The position numbers and the translations under genes are program-made. From Chlorokybus atmophyticus (Eukaryota > Plantae > Mesostigma and Chlorokybus algae), in assembly GCA_009103225.1 (NCBI GenBank), contig RHPI01001168.1:249337-313336 (forward strand): a stretch of DNA of 64,000 bases, written 5' to 3'. Shown here piece after piece: positions 59,470-64,000 of this stretch; position 1 is the first letter of the stretch, and each line of letters starts with the position of its first letter. Under the pieces are notes generated by a model. It was not told the DNA's origin, ran no database searches, and worked only from the letters and a program-made list of their open reading frames with translations.

Positions 59470-60862
59470 TCATACAGCTATGGCGTCAATGCTTGCGCCC
59501 CAGGAGCCGTAAATCTCTGCGCCCAGGGGAATATCCTCCAAGTCTGATATGAGGTCATCGGGAGCTGGCAACTGCAAGTTCATGGTGGGGATGTCGCTGA
59601 TGGGGAGGGGAATTTCAAAAATGCAATCGCTACCAAGATCACTGTCTCGGTCATCATCATTGTGGTCAAAAATGCCATCTGGGGCGTCCACAAATGGCTC
59701 CTCCTTGACTGCAGGGTAAGGCTTGGTGTCTTGCATGACTTCGGGTGGGGGGAAATTGGTCTGCGCACTGCCGCCGCGGATGGACCTTGCCGCCGCGTCG
59801 TAGGCCAGAGCTGCATCCTCTGCCGTATCATAAGTGCCCAGCCACAGCCTCACGCCCTTGGCTGGGTCCCTGATCTCAGCTGCCCACTTGCCCCACGGCC
59901 GCTGCCGCACACCGCGATACCGACATGTTGGGACTTGCTGTAATGTGGAAAAGGGCTTGTTAGACCTTTGCAAACAACAGCAACAATGGCTGAAGCGTAC
60001 TATGACAACCTGCACCACCGTTATCGCTACTCAAAGATTAACCACTACCGAGACTGTGCAGGACTGGGAGAGTGCTTGAACTGCATAAAACCCTAGTTCC
60101 TTGCAGCCTACATGTCACGTACAATTGCTTTGCCCTACCGACACCTACTGTCTGGACTCGACTGGAGTACAATGTCAGACGTCGCACAGTGAAACTGTGA
60201 CCACACCAAACCCTAATCTACAAGCTCCGACAACATGTGTTAGCTGGCGCGGACCCGACGACTGCTGTGCATGCAATAGAGCACCCCACCTTGCGGGCCT
60301 TTTTGTTTGCTTCATCCATCACTCGGACGGCCCTGGTCTTCTGGTGCTTGAACGGCGTCAGTGCCGAGGCAGCGGCGGGGGAGTGCAAAGCGGCGGCGGG
60401 AACGCCAGCGTCGGAGCGGGGCTCCCAGCGGTGCGAAAGGCGCTGGAGGCTGACGTCCTGCTCATCCTCGGACTCGGACTCCAGCGCTCCGCCACCGCAG
60501 CGGTCCTCATCCTCTGAGGAAGACGAGTCGGTGGCGTCGGGGTCCTCACGCAAACGCTTAGCGGCGGGTTCTTCCGGGGCGCAAATCTCTCTGACAGCCC
60601 AGTTGTCATCGTCATCGTCGTCGGTGTAGTAGGACGAGGCGGAGGGGGAGAACAGCGGGGCGGAGGGGAAAGGAGGGGGAGGAGGCGCGGCTAGCTGGGT
60701 GCGAACGACATGCTGAGCAGCCCGCTTCTGAGAAGCGAGAGCAGCGGCTTTAAGCTTTGTAGGAGAGCCTGCTGCAGCTGATGTCGTCCCGTTGAGCTTT
60801 GCTGTTGCTGCTGAGGGCTTAGAGCCCGCAGTAGATGGTGGGAGCACCTGGGCGCCCGGCAT
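59470..60862 (-). CDS. AP2/ERF transcription factor with an N-terminal CRF-like motif (cytokinin response factor type); 2 exons
   Basis: Exon 60862-60290 contains [30 protein letters not shown]. Exon 59938-59470 contains [57 protein letters not shown]. Confidence 0.9.
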
Positions 60863-63800
60863 GCTTGCTTGGGCGTCACCTCCAGCGCCTTGCGCCTACC
60901 GCCGGCCGTGCTGGCCCGGGCGGTGTAAAAGACCAACAATGGCCCCTGCGCTGCCCTCATCAGCCAGCCCAGCCTGCCGCGCTGTACTGGAGGTTGTTCC
61001 TCTTTCTCCACCTTTGCGTGCGAATGCCGAGCACATGCGCGAGCCGCAGCGGTGTACTGGCTATAGGGTCTTACCGTCGTCCCCGGGTCGCGCGGGTTGA
61101 ATGCGCCTGCAGGCGAAATGTAAGATTTGTATGACCGTACACGCGATCGAACGAGCAAGGCTGCAGTCGCCAACCTACCACTGCTCCGGCGTTTCGTCCC
61201 CGCTGCGTCCGCAGAGCAGTTAACCGCGGTTTTGACCGGCTCGGATGTTGTGTCGCCACCGTGCTAGCGCACCGTGTCTTGTAGCTGCCCTAACCGACAA
61301 AAACATCTCTTCACTGTCGTTTTGCACCGAGTTGTATGGTCGGTTACTGCCGGTAGGGCGATAGTTGCTGTGAAGTCCTTGCTTGACTGACCATCGGAGA
61401 CCGAGATTGGGGTTGAGTAACTGAGTTCCTCTACCGCGGTGAGCTTGATAACTCGGCATGAACATGTGAAGATATTGCACGGCGATCGTCGCCTGCACAT
61501 TGTATCCCTGACGCTGACATACAATCTTCAGAGACGGTTAACCAGGCGCGGCGCGTCTCTTGGACAACCCCCAACCCATGATTCATAGTGAGATGCACGA
61601 TTCATGCATGAATTTCGAACCATGAATCAACCCCATCATTGTTGCAGGCGGGTGCCAGTGGCACCGTGCCAGCAGCTGGCCCCAAGCTGGGACAGCTCAG
61701 TTTAACCGGGCAAGCTACCAAGCAAGTAGGTAGCCTGCCCACCATTCGCGGCGGGAGTGGCGACGGTGCCTGCCATCGTGTCGTTCAAACGTGCTGATCT
61801 TGGATTGGTGACGGCGTCCCAACCGCTCAGCTACCACAGCTCAGCGCGCAATTGTTATGATGGTGTCTTGAAGCTTCAGTGCGCTGGCAAGCGGCGATGC
61901 GCGATATGGTCAACGATCAACGGCTACGATCTGCGTCCGGCGGTTGGCAATTGAGGCAAGCTCAATTGGCATTAATCATTGGCACCTATGACTGCTTGTG
62001 CTGTGTTAAGACCCTACCGGGTGAGGTAACCGAGAGAAACGGCCGATGGACGATATGCGCTTCCCCTCGCTTGATCGGATGGCGGTGGGCACCGGGCAGT
62101 TCTAGACACGGTAAGGCTCCCGGCCTACTGCGACCCAACCCGTAGCACGACTCGCACGCCGGCCGTCACAGCTCAATGATGCGATGTTTGACGCGCTTTT
62201 GGCACACGCGTGCCGTCGCACAAGTACGGAGCTTGTCGCCTTGCAGTTGCCAGTGAGTTCTCTCTAGGCTTGCACTTGTGGTAGACGTCACACCGGTCCA
62301 GCCTTGCAATAAAGACCGAGTCACAGGCGGCCAAGATCTACCTATTAAACCTGGCCGAGATATTTGCGACCGGCGGCTTTGCGGCAAGTTGGCCGGGGTG
62401 GCTCGCTGCCTCCGTGCTCTTATCCGAGAGTGCTGTGTGGACAGCACATCGCTATAGACCGGGCGCGAGACTATTGTCCACCTTTTGGGGAAACGGCGAC
62501 CCATTGCGCCCAAAAAACGTGGCTCTTGGCCTGTGGCGTTGGGTCATGCATGGGATGGGCCGGGTGTGTGTTAAGCGGCCACGACAGTAATAAAACACGC
62601 GTGGTAAACAACGCGTGCATTTGACTAGACAGGCCTAGACAGTGACCCTGGTCAATAAGCAGTCGGGCCCAATCGCTGCCTTAGATTATGGCCCACAGTG
62701 TTGCACATTGTGCAGCGCACCTGGTAGACTAGAGGGGCCATTAGAGAAGCAAGTGAACACAGCAAGCACAAGTGCATTAGGCATTATAAAAAGGAACACG
62801 AGACCAAGTTCAAGGAGCTAGGTCCCATGTGTGCAATGCAATAGTTACGCAGGACAGTCATGATAAAATGTTGTCATGCTAGTGTGACCGCATTAAGCCA
62901 GTCGCGCAATGCTTTATATAATCATTGAACATTTTTATATATGAGCCAGGTGAACTAGCACAAGGTATAGGGGGAACTTACCATAGTATGCTAAGAATGA
63001 TCAGCACCCTTTTCTGAGAACATCGCCATTACATTAGATTAACTTGTTAAAGTACCTCTGCAATTCACGTGGTTACACTTTGCTCTGCTCACCCTTTCAT
63101 CTAGTTTGTTGTCTAATCAGCACTGCTATAAGCCCCTTTCAAATCATCAGCCTTGCTTGCGTGCCATAACGTGCACACTGTACCTTATACACCTCGCGAG
63201 ATATAACGACATGTAGCTAGACTTACGCAAATGATTAGCTGCACAATTGCATTGTTATGTTAATCCTAATAATGTTACGCGCTGATCACGAGCGCTTCTT
63301 TATACATTTGTTGTGCTGATAGCCGTCGTGTATGCCGGTGCTTAATATCCACTTGTAACTGTGAATTCCGAGTTCTACTTCTCGGGCATGAAGATAAGCA
63401 CATTTCTCGTGCGTCAGACTGTACGCCTTTGGGCTCGTGCATGCGAGGCACCTTGTTCACGATGGCAGCGACGCAATATGTGTGGCCCAGCAGGAGTGGG
63501 GCTACATCCACGAGCGTCGGCCTCCTTACAGCAAATGTGGAGGAAGAACTGGAGGTGATAGAGCCATGCTGGGGCGGTACAGCGGTGGTAATCCCATTGC
63601 CCCCGCTCGCCCGACTGTTGACTGGCAAATCATCCATGATGGCCTTGCTAGTACACGCCAACATGTTGCTCACCCCTCTGTTGCCGTGGCAGACCCATAC
63701 CCATGCACATGTATGAACCGACAGTGGAGGATAGGTGTGGCATTTACTGCACCACACCACACTTCATCATCCAAGTGGGAGGGGCGACGCAACGATGGTG

Positions 63801-64000
63801 TCACCCAATTCGAGTGATCTTCCCAGAGTGTCCCCCTTCCCGGATATGCACAGGGATGTGCCAGTCTGATGAGCCTAGCTGGATACGCACGTGTGCTTAG
63901 TGTAAGCAACAACGTTGTACGAGGTTGCCCTACACCGTTCCGTGGCTCAATGGCACACCCAGCCTCCTGACCCTGATGAGGACGCAGGCTGGGATTCTTG

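Noticed and set aside
63275-63912. Overlapping 60-160 aa ORFs near the window end
   Set aside because: No motif recognised; all frames are equally unconvincing.

Overview
Eukaryotic, intron-rich nuclear DNA with short GT-AG introns full of CA/GT/GCAT microsatellites. It most likely comes from a streptophyte (charophyte-grade) green alga; this is an inference from the CRF-type AP2/ERF, the bHLH subgroup IVb factor, the KCBP-type kinesin, an endonuclease IV that land plants lack, and a methyltransferase-carrying Ty3/Gypsy element. All exon chains were assembled by eye. Apparently intact genes: a PLAC8 protein (0.9-2.3 kb), an ABC1/ADCK kinase (22.9-26.5 kb), a 23-exon gene that appears to fuse TOM1/TOL-type VHS and GAT domains to a coiled coil and a KCBP-like kinesin-14 motor (38.6-44.0 kb, minus strand; the main candidate novelty), a C19orf53/L10K-like protein, Pol III subunit RPC4, a bHLH121/URI-like factor, APN1/endonuclease IV and a CRF-like AP2/ERF. 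The 3-21 kb region holds degraded or uncharacterised genes: a TBL/PC-esterase-like relic, a duplicated Fe(II)/2OG-dioxygenase-like gene with a pseudogene copy, a further unknown gene and an L1 RT fragment. Mobile DNA includes an ~11 kb decayed Ty3/Gypsy element (gag-PR-DNA cytosine methyltransferase-RT-RNaseH-INT-PHD) with an unusual A...B-A-B terminal repeat layout, a 1.6 kb TIR element inserted in its methyltransferase, a complete TRIM with a tRNA-type Pol III promoter, and poly-C MITE-like elements. Ns at 348, 20649 and 56925-56977 mark local assembly uncertainty.
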